Virus record (IMG/VR): IMGVR_UViG_3300023179_000062
Coordinates: 1-64,000 of that record
DNA length: 64,000 bases
From: a virus
Reading direction: 5' to 3' (one strand)
Shown here: positions 17,400-28,222 of the stretch, in pieces
How positions within the stretch are numbered: the stretch's first letter is position 1
Layout of the letters: each line of letters starts with the position of its first letter
Program-made: the position numbers and the translations under genes
Notes under the pieces: generated by a model
What the model saw: only the letters and a program-made list of their open reading frames with translations
Databases searched by the model: none
What the model was told of the DNA's origin: nothing

Positions 17400-18383
17400 T
17401 TACATTTTAGGGAATAGGTGCTTCATACTGTAAAGTTTTTTCCAATAACTGTTAGTTCCTACAAAATATTTCACCACTTTACCAATACCCGGTAGTACCA
17501 TTATTAATCCACCATCAGAAGTATATCCTTCAAATTGTCCATCACTTATAGTTTGTTTTTCTAACATTTTCTTAAGAATAGCTCTCTCAATCATATTCGG
17601 GGCTTTAAATCCTCTTTTAATTAAAATATTTTTAATATCAAGTGATACCATTCCCCATAGAGGAACATTTGATTCGGATAATTCGAGCAATGCACGATAT
17701 TTGGATTTCATGCTTCCTGCTGTGGCTACAAATTTAACAAATCCACTCTGTTGAGGACGAACAGCCACATACCCTGACTCGTCTCCATAGAAATGCCAGT
17801 TTTGGGCTTTCTGAGTAAATTTATCTTTGGGCCATGCTTTTCCTGTAGAAGCCATATACTCTTTGTAGAAAATATCATATGCCTTATCCAAATCAAGATT
17901 AAGGATTCTCTCTTCTTTTAATAATTTTCGGCTCTCGGTGAGGTTCTTTCTTTGAAGAATTGGCACTAACCGTTCCATTCCGAAATGTAATTTTTCTGGA
18001 AAATCTTTAAGCGAGAACCATCTAACACTGCTCGTCTCTTTATCTAAGCGCGGTTTAAATTCATCAGGAACAATCCCGATAAAATTGTGGAAAGTGAATG
18101 CTCCTTTGCGATATATATCTAAAGTGTATAAAGAAACTTCTCCTGTATACCCTATTTCTTCATGTAATTCTCGGATGGCTGCTTGATTGGCAGTTTCTTT
18201 CCCGTCTATAGCACCACCAAACAAACCCCATGTGTTAGGTTGATCCACATAAGGAGAACGTAATCCTAACAAGAAACGTTGTGTTTTTTTACAAAATATT
18301 AAAACACCTGCTCCGCGTTTACCCCAAAAATTGGTAGGTTCTGTTGATTCAAGTATAAGTTTGGCTAATCTATCGAAAGTCAT
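17400..18383 (-). CDS. Nudix hydrolase fused to an unknown C-terminal domain
   Basis: Nudix box GAIDGKETANQAAIRELHEEIG. Confidence 0.9.
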   Translation of the reverse strand: MTFDRLAKLILESTEPTNFWGKRGAGVLIFCKKTQRFLLGLRSPYVDQPNTWGLFGGAIDGKETANQAAIRELHEEIGYTGEVSLYTLDIYRKGAFTFHNFIGIVPDEFKPRLDKETSSVRWFSLKDFPEKLHFGMERLVPILQRKNLTESRKLLKEERILNLDLDKAYDIFYKEYMASTGKAWPKDKFTQKAQNWHFYGDESGYVAVRPQQSGFVKFVATAGSMKSKYRALLELSESNVPLWGMVSLDIKNILIKRGFKAPNMIERAILKKMLEKQTISDGQFEGYTSDGGLIMVLPGIGKVVKYFVGTNSYWKKLYSMKHLFPKM

Positions 18384-18391
18384 CTAATTAT

Positions 18392-20242
18392 TTATGTATC
18401 TATTAGTTTTTCCGTTAGAACATAATTTAATACTTCTTCGATTACTCCCCCATCAGAATACCAGTCAGAGTATGAAGATAGCGCAGGAGACAAACTATTT
18501 CTATAATCATTATAATTAATAATTCCTTCAACCGGATTATTCTGTGGAGTTTGGTTCCATTCAAAGAAACAGAAATTTTCAATTCCTTTGTCCAATATTG
18601 GGGTAGCGGTTAAGGTTGATAATTTGAAAGTATCTTCGGTTTGGCGTTTGACATTTAAAAAGTTAAACACATCAGACCCTCGTTCCCTATAGAGTACTGT
18701 CTGCCCATCACTGATATTATCTGTTAAGGCTAATTGTTTTCCAAGATTACTTTTCTTATCAAACCCACATAAAGTACATACATTTTTATTACATGAATTT
18801 TGACAATTAACAAAATTGGTATTACATTTGCAACGAGTTCCTATTAGCTTCTGTAGTGGAATAGAAAAGAAGTTCATTAAACGTCTCAACTCTTCGGGGA
18901 AATCTAGGTTGAAATTGTCCATGCTTACATCAAATTGCTGAGAGAGGTTATATAAGGAATCAATAGTACATACATCAACATCTGAATGATCTGGTGTAAA
19001 GTTTTGAATCTTGTCATATATTAAACCTAATGAATCGCCTTCTCCTGCCACCGCAGATAGATACGAATTAAACGTAGGAAATTGTTCTATGTCAACATGG
19101 GAATATCTTTTAATTAGATTATAAATATTATCATCTTCGCCTTTTCTATAGAACTGATGGAAGTTATCAAATTTATAAATATTGAATGGATCGGATATAC
19201 CTGTTAGATGATATATCTTACCATCCACATTGAACACGCCGGATGCAGAAACAGTTAATTGGTAAGGATATTTACGAGTTTTAATGGTATGGGTTTCGTA
19301 CGGATTCTCCCCACATGCAATTTCTGGTGATATGATTTGGTCCGCAGGTAAAGCCGATGTAGGAAGAATAAAATTCTGAATAGCATATGGATATATTTTA
19401 CTAAGGAATGTTTCATATTTAGCATCCGGTATACCATTACATTCAGTATAATACTTAACTCCTGTTAAGTATCCAGACACATAATGTAATAATGTTGAAC
19501 AACTTATATTAGAATTAGCAATAGTTGTCATAAACGGTGTTTTATAATCTGTCCATTGCAGAGGTGGAAGCGGATTAATTCCATCACTGGTTATTTTAAT
19601 CATATTGGGAGCAATAGCTGATACCGTATGTCGTATTGCCGCATATGCGCGTGAATTTATGAGTATGTTTTTTTCGTTTTGTTTAAGAGTGAAGAATAAC
19701 CACGGCTTCCCCGGCATATCATCTTTATAAGAAATTGCGGATGATGCACTATAGCCCAATAAAATGTTGGCACTGATAACAGGTGAGCATGTAACCGATA
19801 TCTCCGATATCTTATTATCGTTTGCATCATAAAACCCCCAATTAGGTTTCAAATGTCCCCAAAACGAATCGTTATCCACGACAGGAGATGCCTTACTTCC
19901 GCTGGCATAAAGGAATACTGTAGCCGTGGGTTCTGTTGATGATATATTTAATGTTAATGTCTGTGGACAACTAGTAAATGCAGACAGCACATCATATGAC
20001 ACATTAATGGTATTCCGATATAACACATTAGGAAATGCAGATACTTGAAATGCAGATACTCTGTTACAATTAGTGACGAAGATATCATATATATTTGCCG
20101 CAGTATAGTAATGTTGATTAGTGTTGAGATTATCAATTACTCCGTCTCCCCAATTGACAATATATGATCCAGATAACCCCGAATATGATAGGGTGAATAT
20201 GGTGTCTAGGGTATAACCTGAAAGTGGAGAGATATTAATCAC
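18392..20242 (-). CDS. virion/baseplate structural protein (PKD-like N-terminus)
   Basis: VNWGDG...HYYT..Y.I PKD motif; DVDVCTIDSL; Cys-rich segment; near gp25 and gp6. Confidence 0.55.
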   Translation of the reverse strand: MINISPLSGYTLDTIFTLSYSGLSGSYIVNWGDGVIDNLNTNQHYYTAANIYDIFVTNCNRVSAFQVSAFPNVLYRNTINVSYDVLSAFTSCPQTLTLNISSTEPTATVFLYASGSKASPVVDNDSFWGHLKPNWGFYDANDNKISEISVTCSPVISANILLGYSASSAISYKDDMPGKPWLFFTLKQNEKNILINSRAYAAIRHTVSAIAPNMIKITSDGINPLPPLQWTDYKTPFMTTIANSNISCSTLLHYVSGYLTGVKYYTECNGIPDAKYETFLSKIYPYAIQNFILPTSALPADQIISPEIACGENPYETHTIKTRKYPYQLTVSASGVFNVDGKIYHLTGISDPFNIYKFDNFHQFYRKGEDDNIYNLIKRYSHVDIEQFPTFNSYLSAVAGEGDSLGLIYDKIQNFTPDHSDVDVCTIDSLYNLSQQFDVSMDNFNLDFPEELRRLMNFFSIPLQKLIGTRCKCNTNFVNCQNSCNKNVCTLCGFDKKSNLGKQLALTDNISDGQTVLYRERGSDVFNFLNVKRQTEDTFKLSTLTATPILDKGIENFCFFEWNQTPQNNPVEGIINYNDYRNSLSPALSSYSDWYSDGGVIEEVLNYVLTEKLIDT

Positions 20243-20246
20243 TCAT

Positions 20247-20567
20247 TTATTTATTAGAAAATATATGGGGATTTCGGTCTTTAAATTCTTTAATTTTCTG
20301 TGTAGCTGTTGCACTCATTAATATATCATGGGTGTGGATGTGTAAGAATTGTAAATATTCCTGCTTTAAGTCCATACTTCTTTGAAATGCATCACGAAGT
20401 CTTTGGGTGTACGTCTTACGCGGGAACATGTCTTGGTTTAGATGTAACTTGTACAGTTTAGTACATGATGCGCGTACTTTCCTATGTAAAGTATTGATCT
20501 TTTGTAATAGTTCAGTATCTCCATTTGAAGATTCTGTTATTAATGAATAAAGTTGCTCAAATTTCAT
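20247..20567 (-). CDS. small helical hypothetical protein
   Basis: Leader MKFEQLYSLITES. Confidence 0.65.
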   Translation of the reverse strand: MKFEQLYSLITESSNGDTELLQKINTLHRKVRASCTKLYKLHLNQDMFPRKTYTQRLRDAFQRSMDLKQEYLQFLHIHTHDILMSATATQKIKEFKDRNPHIFSNK

Positions 20568-20863
20568 AATTTTATAGCTTTCAGTACATCGTTGAAATCG
20601 AGATACATGCGTTTAATGTCAGGATAGTGTAGAATTGTATCCATATTACTATTCACAAAATTTTTATATTCCTTAGCAGATTGAGTAAGTATCTCGCTCA
20701 ATTTGGCGTTTTCTTCTGGACGAACTTCTTGATAATTACCAAGATTTATCTGTTTGTGTAAATTTATAATCTTAGACTGTAACTTCTTAATATCATTCGA
20801 TAGTGTAATTTCTCTATCGGAGAAAGCCTCATTTAATATCCTAACATAATCATTGAAAAACAT
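20564..20863 (-). CDS. small helical hypothetical protein
   Basis: Leader MFFNDYVRILNEA; TAAATA upstream. Confidence 0.65.
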   Translation of the reverse strand: MFFNDYVRILNEAFSDREITLSNDIKKLQSKIINLHKQINLGNYQEVRPEENAKLSEILTQSAKEYKNFVNSNMDTILHYPDIKRMYLDFNDVLKAIKL

Positions 20864-20867
20864 ATAG

Positions 20868-21338
20868 TTATTTATAAAAGAATATAAAATCCCCTGTATT
20901 TGTAAGCGATGTCTGAATTACCAGTTGTTTATTGTTTAAATTAGGAAGATTTACTATAATAGCCACAATATAAGCGCCTTTATCATAATCAGGAACGACT
21001 AGAATTTTCTCTACTGTAACACGGGGTTCAAACAATGCAATACCTTTATCTATGGTATTACCCAATGCGGTTGCTCCCATATCGGATACGGTTTGTCCAA
21101 TAAAATTTGACAAATCAATATTAAAAGAGGGGGTCAAATATCTTTTCTGTGTTAGAATATTTCTTATGGAGTTAAGAATAGCTGATTCGTCTGTATCACT
21201 TATAAGATCATTTCCTAACACTGTATCAGCATTTCTCGTATTGTCAGATACGCGGTTCAGTTGAAAATCTAATTTAAGATCACGGAAAGTTGTTGAACTA
21301 TTATTCTTTTTTCCTGAAAGATTACTAATGGTTATCAT
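20868..21338 (-). CDS. gp25: baseplate wedge subunit, gp25-like
   Basis: FRDLKLDF, AILNSIRNILT, PSF and FEPRV motifs. Confidence 0.85.
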   Translation of the reverse strand: MITISNLSGKKNNSSTTFRDLKLDFQLNRVSDNTRNADTVLGNDLISDTDESAILNSIRNILTQKRYLTPSFNIDLSNFIGQTVSDMGATALGNTIDKGIALFEPRVTVEKILVVPDYDKGAYIVAIIVNLPNLNNKQLVIQTSLTNTGDFIFFYK

Positions 21339-21365
21339 TTAATTATTTATATTATATGATAAATA

Positions 21366-21866
21366 ATGGATATGTCCAAATTTTTAGAACTTTATGAAAG
21401 TGTATTAGAGTCAGTTACACTCGGAACTATTCGCCCACAATCCGTAGTGGTTATTGATCCAGAGATGATCAAACACAAAGATATTGCAAATGATATTATT
21501 CAAAGAAAAGGTGTGAGTTACCTTGCACAGTTACAGAAACTTGCAAATGATAAAGCATTGTTATATGTGTCCGCATTAAAAACAGTTCGTCCAGTTAGTA
21601 ATGTTCATGCTGCTCTTCCAACCAGCAATGATTTCCAAGAAGCTGATGTTATCAATTATTCACCGGGGCTAAGCAGCACATGGCATGCACCCATGACCTT
21701 GCCGATATCTGTATTAAAGAGCATAGTTGAACCAGAGAATATTATGCAAATACCTGTCCCCGGTAAAGAAACCCCTCAAGGACAATCCACAGGTGATAAT
21801 TCGTACAATAACGGAACACAGCATCCTAATGTAGTAGGACAGAAGGAAAAAAGAAAAGGTAAGTAA
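21366..21866 (+). CDS. hypothetical protein
   Basis: Leader MSKFLELYESVLES; TAAATA upstream. Confidence 0.7.
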   Translation: MDMSKFLELYESVLESVTLGTIRPQSVVVIDPEMIKHKDIANDIIQRKGVSYLAQLQKLANDKALLYVSALKTVRPVSNVHAALPTSNDFQEADVINYSPGLSSTWHAPMTLPISVLKSIVEPENIMQIPVPGKETPQGQSTGDNSYNNGTQHPNVVGQKEKRKGK

Positions 21867-21890
21867 TCTAATTATAATGTAAATAATTAG

Positions 21891-23648
21891 ATGAATGATA
21901 ATTTTCCAGTTTCAAAGGACGCTTACTTAGCTTTCGATGGACTTTCTATTAGAGATAAAATACGTGAACGTCTAACCCAAACCGGAGTATTCTCCGATCA
22001 AAGTTTTGAAGGAAGCAATATATCTGCCATCAATGATGTAATATCAATGGTATTTTCGTTGTTACTATATAATTTAAATAAAACAAGTTCCAATGGAACC
22101 TTTTCAGAGACTACATTATATAAATCCATAAACGGCATCGTGAAGGCATTAAATTATAGTCCAATTGGCGCACAGACTGCATCAATTAACTACACCATGA
22201 ATGTTGATTCTCTAGACGCAGGGTTCTACACTATTCCTCGTTATTCATCAGTAGCATTGGGTGGAATAAAGTATTCATTTAATGATGACTTAGTTTTTAG
22301 TAAATTAATCAATGGTGTTAGGGAAGAAATTATTGATATAAACAATTCTAAAATTTTATATCAAGGTTCTTTTCAGGAATATCCTACTGTTATTTCGTCA
22401 GGAACTCCTAACGAGCTTATCTTCATAATTCCTGATAATACCGTCACAATTGATCATTTTAACATATTTGTTTATGTTAAGGAACCCAACGGAATTTGGA
22501 CCAAGTGGCAACGCACGTCCTCATTATATCTTCATAATTCTTCCGATCAAGTTTTTGAAGTTCGATACAATGAGAACAGACGATATGAATTAAAATTTGG
22601 CAACAACATCAATGGTAAACAATTACCAGAGAATAGCCAAGTGGGAATTTATTATTTAGCATCTGATGGGCCTAGCGGAGAAGTTGGTATAGGCGCGGTA
22701 ACTAATAAAAAAATAACAGTATTCAGTACTTCAAGAATAGACAGTATCTTATCAGACGGGCGGGTGGGCAACATATTGAATAATGGAGACATAAACACGG
22801 TATTGCTTAATAATTCGTCTCCTAGCACATATTACAGTGATCCAGAAACTGTTGAACAAATTAGACAAAATGCCCCAACTAATTACAGGTCGCAATATAG
22901 TTTAACAACTGCAAAATCATACGAAACTTTCATAAAAACAAACTTCGCAAATATATTACACGATGTTGCAGTTATGAATAATGATGAGTATTTAGATAGC
23001 TATATTAAATATTTTTATGATTTAGGTTTAACCAATCCTCAATTAGAATATAGATCATTATACAATCAAGTGAATTTTGCAGACGCTTGTAACTTCAACA
23101 ATATATATTGTTTCTGTGTCCCTAAGACACGAAACAATGTAAAATCATATATGATTTCTGAACAGAAATCATTAATTATCAATACTATTGATGAGCAAAA
23201 AGTCTTAACCGCCGAGGTAATTATAGCTGATCCGGTATATATGGCAGTTGATATTGCCGCATCTGCAACAGGACAACCACAAGTTACAGATATCAACAAC
23301 ACACAGATATTAGTTTATAAAGACCTAGTTACTCGTAAGAGTGATTCTACTATCGCATCCGAAGTTAATGACCTTATTATATCGTTCTTTAATAGAGTTA
23401 ATAATAATCTTGGACAACATATAAACGTGAATCAGTTGGTTACAGATATATTGGCAATTGAAGGTGTAGCACATATTGCAACACGCATAAACGATGCTAA
23501 TACTATTGTAGAGGGGCTACAATTATTAATGTGGAACCCTGCGTATCCATCATTTACTACATCATTCAGCACCAACATAACATTGGAAAAATTCCAATTT
23601 CCCTTCTTATATACTCCTTCTATGATATCTAGAATAACAGTTGTTTAA
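21891..23648 (+). CDS. gp6: baseplate wedge subunit, gp6-like
   Basis: FSDQSFEGSN, LNYSP, ELKFGN..NGK, ETVEQIRQNAP and T..SYE motifs. Confidence 0.9.
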   Translation: MNDNFPVSKDAYLAFDGLSIRDKIRERLTQTGVFSDQSFEGSNISAINDVISMVFSLLLYNLNKTSSNGTFSETTLYKSINGIVKALNYSPIGAQTASINYTMNVDSLDAGFYTIPRYSSVALGGIKYSFNDDLVFSKLINGVREEIIDINNSKILYQGSFQEYPTVISSGTPNELIFIIPDNTVTIDHFNIFVYVKEPNGIWTKWQRTSSLYLHNSSDQVFEVRYNENRRYELKFGNNINGKQLPENSQVGIYYLASDGPSGEVGIGAVTNKKITVFSTSRIDSILSDGRVGNILNNGDINTVLLNNSSPSTYYSDPETVEQIRQNAPTNYRSQYSLTTAKSYETFIKTNFANILHDVAVMNNDEYLDSYIKYFYDLGLTNPQLEYRSLYNQVNFADACNFNNIYCFCVPKTRNNVKSYMISEQKSLIINTIDEQKVLTAEVIIADPVYMAVDIAASATGQPQVTDINNTQILVYKDLVTRKSDSTIASEVNDLIISFFNRVNNNLGQHINVNQLVTDILAIEGVAHIATRINDANTIVEGLQLLMWNPAYPSFTTSFSTNITLEKFQFPFLYTPSMISRITVV

Positions 23649-23678
23649 CATACGGTGTATACATAATAAATAATCGTT

Positions 23679-26600
23679 ATGCCTTCTATTGTTCTCAGAA
23701 AGATTGCTCAGCCGCAACAAATCTCTTCCAGAGATATATTTAACACACCCACTCCTTTAAATTATAAAGATTGGTTGGCGCAGCACATTGCAGTAATCCC
23801 TAATGATGCGCAGAAACAATACGAACAATATTTGTTAACCTTTTATACAAAAAAGGAAGATCAGACAGTTGCTAAGGCGGCTAGTATCAAAAAAGACTAT
23901 CTTTCACTGATTGAAAAATTAACCACTATTTTCAAATATGATAAGGATTTCCAAAGGTATGCCAAGATAGATTTATCATCTAACACAGAATTAAAGATTG
24001 CTATACCGTTCTATGCCAAGAAACTTAAAGAGATTGCAGTGTATTATATTAATCATAGAGATAATATCAAACAGAGTAAATTACACTATGCATCCGTTGG
24101 TTCGGAAGTAGGGGTTGAACGTTTTCTATATAAAAACCTGTTAAATTTATTCACTAAAAAACCTTTCTCTGCCGGAGGATTGTATTCTACTGATAATGTG
24201 GATTTATCTGCGGTGTCACCATTCTTTAAAATTCAAATAGAAGAATTATATGATACAACTAATTATTCCAAAGAGAATGTATTAGACATAAACCCTCTAT
24301 TATGTGTGTTAGATGGTTACGTCTCCAACATTTGTACCCAATTCAATGATATCACTACAGATAACAATAATGCTCCATTAGAATCTATTTTTTTATGTGA
24401 TACTGACAATCCTGATAGCAATGATCTTATTCGTCAGAGTTGGGAAAAATATTTAGGAACTGATTTATATTACATGTCGGGTGGCGGTTCAGTGTTTAAT
24501 AGCGCAGAAGTGTCACTAGCTTTACAAAACGGTAACAACTTCTTCTACTGGTTCAGTGGGGAAAATGCTGATGAAATTCCCGAAGGGCGGTATAATGATA
24601 TCGCATTATCTGCGTTAGATTGGTCAGGGGCCACAGGAGCAAGTCATTTCTCTGCCGCTGATATAGTGTTTGTAAACTACGGCAATCTAAAGACAGAGGC
24701 TGCATGGTTGATGTCTGCGGCTAAGTACACCTACGACACTGAAATGGTGGCAACTATTTCAAATAAAAGAGAATTTAAGTTTCCTTACCCCGGTATCGGA
24801 CTAAGTGCCGAAGGCGGCGTGTGGACAGGTAGATTAATAATTGATAATTACGAAGAGGATAAACGATTCTTCCCTAATGAAATTAGCTATCAGAATAACC
24901 AAAAAGAAATAGAAAAATTATACTGGAGTTCTACAGTAACGAATTCCGCTGTCCAACCAACTAATATTCAAACATTATCTTTGGAACAATGTGGTGCATA
25001 TGCGTCTAATAAATTCAAAACGGCTGACAAACTATATATTCGACGCCCGATTGGAGAGCTTACAAATAATGACCAAAATCCTAATGGAGTTTTTACAGGT
25101 GATATTAATATCGCATGGTTATACAAATTCAATCAGACACAAATACCTGTTAACGTAGGTGATACTAATATATATTATCCGCTAACTTCGTTCGATAACT
25201 TGGATGATTTGTATTATGAGTATGAAAGCGGTGATGATATTCCTCTTTCGGCTATTCCTGTAAATGAGTCGTTCTCAGGGGCGATTGCAGGAGATGATGT
25301 TTTAACAGGTGATATGCTTATTAAATTGAAGGCTCCATGTGGACCTGAAATAGAAGCGGCATGGCTAAAAGGTGTTCCGTTGAGATTCTCACAAAATATC
25401 TATTTAAACAATTATACCTGTGGTGAAAATCAATTAACTCAATACTATACCCAATGGAACTATATCAGCGGAACAACCCAACCGGGAATAGCATTCAGAA
25501 CAGATCAAGGCGAATATGTTCGATTTGTTTGGTCAGGTGGTGATATTGACATCAACAATGTTAAAGGATTCACAGGATTTATACATGATCCGTCATGTGA
25601 ATATACACAGTTAAATCATGACAGTTCTATTCTCGATGTCAACTTTTTATCGGTAGATGATACTGAACGATATGAACGTTGGAAAAAATGTAGCTGTAAA
25701 TCAGTTAACTATTCTCCGTTAGGACATCAAGGAGAACATCTACGTATTAGAAAAGTAACGCCCGATTTCATTGTTCCTGATACTCAGCCAGATAAAGCAT
25801 TTAATTTAGTGGATTGGAGAGGTAATGACGGTAAGGCATATACCGAATCTACTGATCTTATCAGATTCCGCCCCGATCATCTAATGGAAAAAGATATTGG
25901 ATGGAATAAAGGTCGATGGGTTCGACCTTCTAATATACCATTTATATTAGAAACAGGTAAAAGTTATATCTATTACAGAACAAATCTGGATAGCTGTAAC
26001 TACTCATTGCCGCCATTTATAATAAATCAAGGCTATTCCACTTCTACCATAAAAACCGACACATGTGATATCATTAATAGTGTTCCTTCTTGGTATAAAG
26101 CTGTCAAGAATAGTAAAGGGGAATGGATAGATACTGGTATTTTGAGTGATATGGTGCTAGATTCTGGATCATTCTTCACATACGTTCATAGAAATTCCTA
26201 TGTGATCGCTAAGCAAAAACTACTTTATAACGGTGCAGATGTTACCCCTATAAGTGGGGATTATATCACCGTATTCAAGGATGACACCAATATCACATAT
26301 GAGAAAATCATATTCTCTTCTCCTGCTGTAAATTTCTTAATTAAGATACCTCTTTTAAATAATAGTGCATATTGGGCAAAGGCAGAATATGGTGATAAAG
26401 AAAAACCTGTTCAGAAAACCACTGATGATAATCGTAATGTTAGCGAATATCTACAATTGTCACAGCCGCTACCAAGCAACATAGTATTAACCGAACAAAA
26501 CGTTATACGTTACGAATTAAGCGAATGTAATCAATGTTTCATATGGAAACAACCAATAACTTTACAAGTATCTAATTCTGAGATGCGTTGGAATAAAATC

Positions 26601-27515
26601 AGTATAGATGATTGTGTGTACTCTGATGTGTTGAACTATCTACATGAACGTGCGGATAAATTCTGTAACTCATACACCCCGCAATGCTATTCAGAGTGTC
26701 AAGAATTTAGTATTTGTGGTTGCGGTGATTTCTGTGAAACTTCTAAAACGGGAGTAACTGCCACGGGCATTCCTGCTGATATTATACTCAACACTGAACT
26801 ATCTGGTATACCAGTGTTTATCAACTATTTCGCAAGAAATCAATTCAATTTAAAATTTGATGTTACGGATTTAACTGCGGGGTCAATTCATCATCAACCA
26901 CTTTCTGGATTATTAACAAAAGCTGCAAAACCATGGAATAATTTATTGAATGATAAAACGGCCAATTTCCTTTATAAACAAATAGATGATAACTTATTAA
27001 CTAATCGACAGTTGGGACTCATGGTGCCACAAAGATTAGGATTAGGAAAATATGAATTAGCCAATGCACTACATCCTGAACAGGTGGCAGTGAACGGTAT
27101 AAGTGCTATACGTTTAAACAGATTCGATCATCCATTAGAACCCGAACAGATTGATTCTAGAAAATACAAAAATAATATAGGTGTTCCATTAGTAAATGGA
27201 AAACAAACGTATCATCCTTATACCATAGGAGCAAACGATTTAACCGATATATCGAACGATCTATTAGATTGGCAAACTGATATTTTCGGTAATCAGTATT
27301 ATTTGGTTTCAAAAAAATCTAACTCATTGACATCTATAGGCAGTCTATCTGTGAAATCACCAGACGGAATATTATATGATGGGACAAAATATCTTTCTGC
27401 AATTTTCGACAAATATAAAGCTATAACCTTCGATGGCGCTATAGAGGGAATCATTTCAACTGAGGATGGTTATGGTATAACTACTGAGGATGGTTTCATA
27501 ATATTGATAGGATAA
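23679..27515 (+). CDS. large baseplate/virion structural protein (gp7-like position)
   Basis: 1278 aa directly after gp6; IPFYAKKLKEI motif; Cys-rich patches. Confidence 0.55.
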   Translation: MPSIVLRKIAQPQQISSRDIFNTPTPLNYKDWLAQHIAVIPNDAQKQYEQYLLTFYTKKEDQTVAKAASIKKDYLSLIEKLTTIFKYDKDFQRYAKIDLSSNTELKIAIPFYAKKLKEIAVYYINHRDNIKQSKLHYASVGSEVGVERFLYKNLLNLFTKKPFSAGGLYSTDNVDLSAVSPFFKIQIEELYDTTNYSKENVLDINPLLCVLDGYVSNICTQFNDITTDNNNAPLESIFLCDTDNPDSNDLIRQSWEKYLGTDLYYMSGGGSVFNSAEVSLALQNGNNFFYWFSGENADEIPEGRYNDIALSALDWSGATGASHFSAADIVFVNYGNLKTEAAWLMSAAKYTYDTEMVATISNKREFKFPYPGIGLSAEGGVWTGRLIIDNYEEDKRFFPNEISYQNNQKEIEKLYWSSTVTNSAVQPTNIQTLSLEQCGAYASNKFKTADKLYIRRPIGELTNNDQNPNGVFTGDINIAWLYKFNQTQIPVNVGDTNIYYPLTSFDNLDDLYYEYESGDDIPLSAIPVNESFSGAIAGDDVLTGDMLIKLKAPCGPEIEAAWLKGVPLRFSQNIYLNNYTCGENQLTQYYTQWNYISGTTQPGIAFRTDQGEYVRFVWSGGDIDINNVKGFTGFIHDPSCEYTQLNHDSSILDVNFLSVDDTERYERWKKCSCKSVNYSPLGHQGEHLRIRKVTPDFIVPDTQPDKAFNLVDWRGNDGKAYTESTDLIRFRPDHLMEKDIGWNKGRWVRPSNIPFILETGKSYIYYRTNLDSCNYSLPPFIINQGYSTSTIKTDTCDIINSVPSWYKAVKNSKGEWIDTGILSDMVLDSGSFFTYVHRNSYVIAKQKLLYNGADVTPISGDYITVFKDDTNITYEKIIFSSPAVNFLIKIPLLNNSAYWAKAEYGDKEKPVQKTTDDNRNVSEYLQLSQPLPSNIVLTEQNVIRYELSECNQCFIWKQPITLQVSNSEMRWNKISIDDCVYSDVLNYLHERADKFCNSYTPQCYSECQEFSICGCGDFCETSKTGVTATGIPADIILNTELSGIPVFINYFARNQFNLKFDVTDLTAGSIHHQPLSGLLTKAAKPWNNLLNDKTANFLYKQIDDNLLTNRQLGLMVPQRLGLGKYELANALHPEQVAVNGISAIRLNRFDHPLEPEQIDSRKYKNNIGVPLVNGKQTYHPYTIGANDLTDISNDLLDWQTDIFGNQYYLVSKKSNSLTSIGSLSVKSPDGILYDGTKYLSAIFDKYKAITFDGAIEGIISTEDGYGITTEDGFIILIG

Positions 27516-27525
27516 GTAAGCTAAT

Positions 27526-28218
27526 ATGTACAATTTATATTCCGCATTATCTAGTACCAGTCTTAATTATGGGATAACCCTTTTAAAGGTATTTTATGAT
27601 ACCTTGATGGTGGGTGTTAAGTGTAAAGATAGTGGCATTAATAATTCATATTATGGGCATGTGTTATTTGACAAGATCAATTATGACTATTCGGAATACC
27701 CGTTACAATCTAACAAATCTATCGTGTTAAATCTTGGATTAATAAATTCTGACATTGTACAGTTTACCGGAAATCAAATTGTTGACACTTATTTTGATCA
27801 GAACAATAAAACAGTAACATTATTCACCATATCCTCATTAGAAACTTCATTTGTACCAAAGATTTACAAATATAATATTAATAATCATGATATTGCCATG
27901 CAATATCCTGTAGAGAATGAACTTCCTACATGGTTAGATTCGTCATTAGGTACACTGACTACTGCGCACCCTCCTTGTTTGTCGATAACAGATGATGTAG
28001 CCGATATACTTATTACCACTATCACGGACGAATTTAAAGTGTTGAATCTGTTGACATTTAATCTCGTAACTACCCCCAAATTAATAAATTATTCCAAATA
28101 TAGCGTTGCATTGGACGATTCTAGTGTTATTAAGAAAATTCAAAGAGTTGATAATGAAATACAATTTTATTCCTCATATGATCAAAACATCACGCCGTTT
28201 AAAATAGTGGATAAATAA
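27526..28218 (+). CDS. hypothetical virion protein
   Basis: 230-aa beta-rich ORF in baseplate cluster. Confidence 0.6.
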   Translation: MYNLYSALSSTSLNYGITLLKVFYDTLMVGVKCKDSGINNSYYGHVLFDKINYDYSEYPLQSNKSIVLNLGLINSDIVQFTGNQIVDTYFDQNNKTVTLFTISSLETSFVPKIYKYNINNHDIAMQYPVENELPTWLDSSLGTLTTAHPPCLSITDDVADILITTITDEFKVLNLLTFNLVTTPKLINYSKYSVALDDSSVIKKIQRVDNEIQFYSSYDQNITPFKIVDK

Positions 28219-28222
28219 ATAT

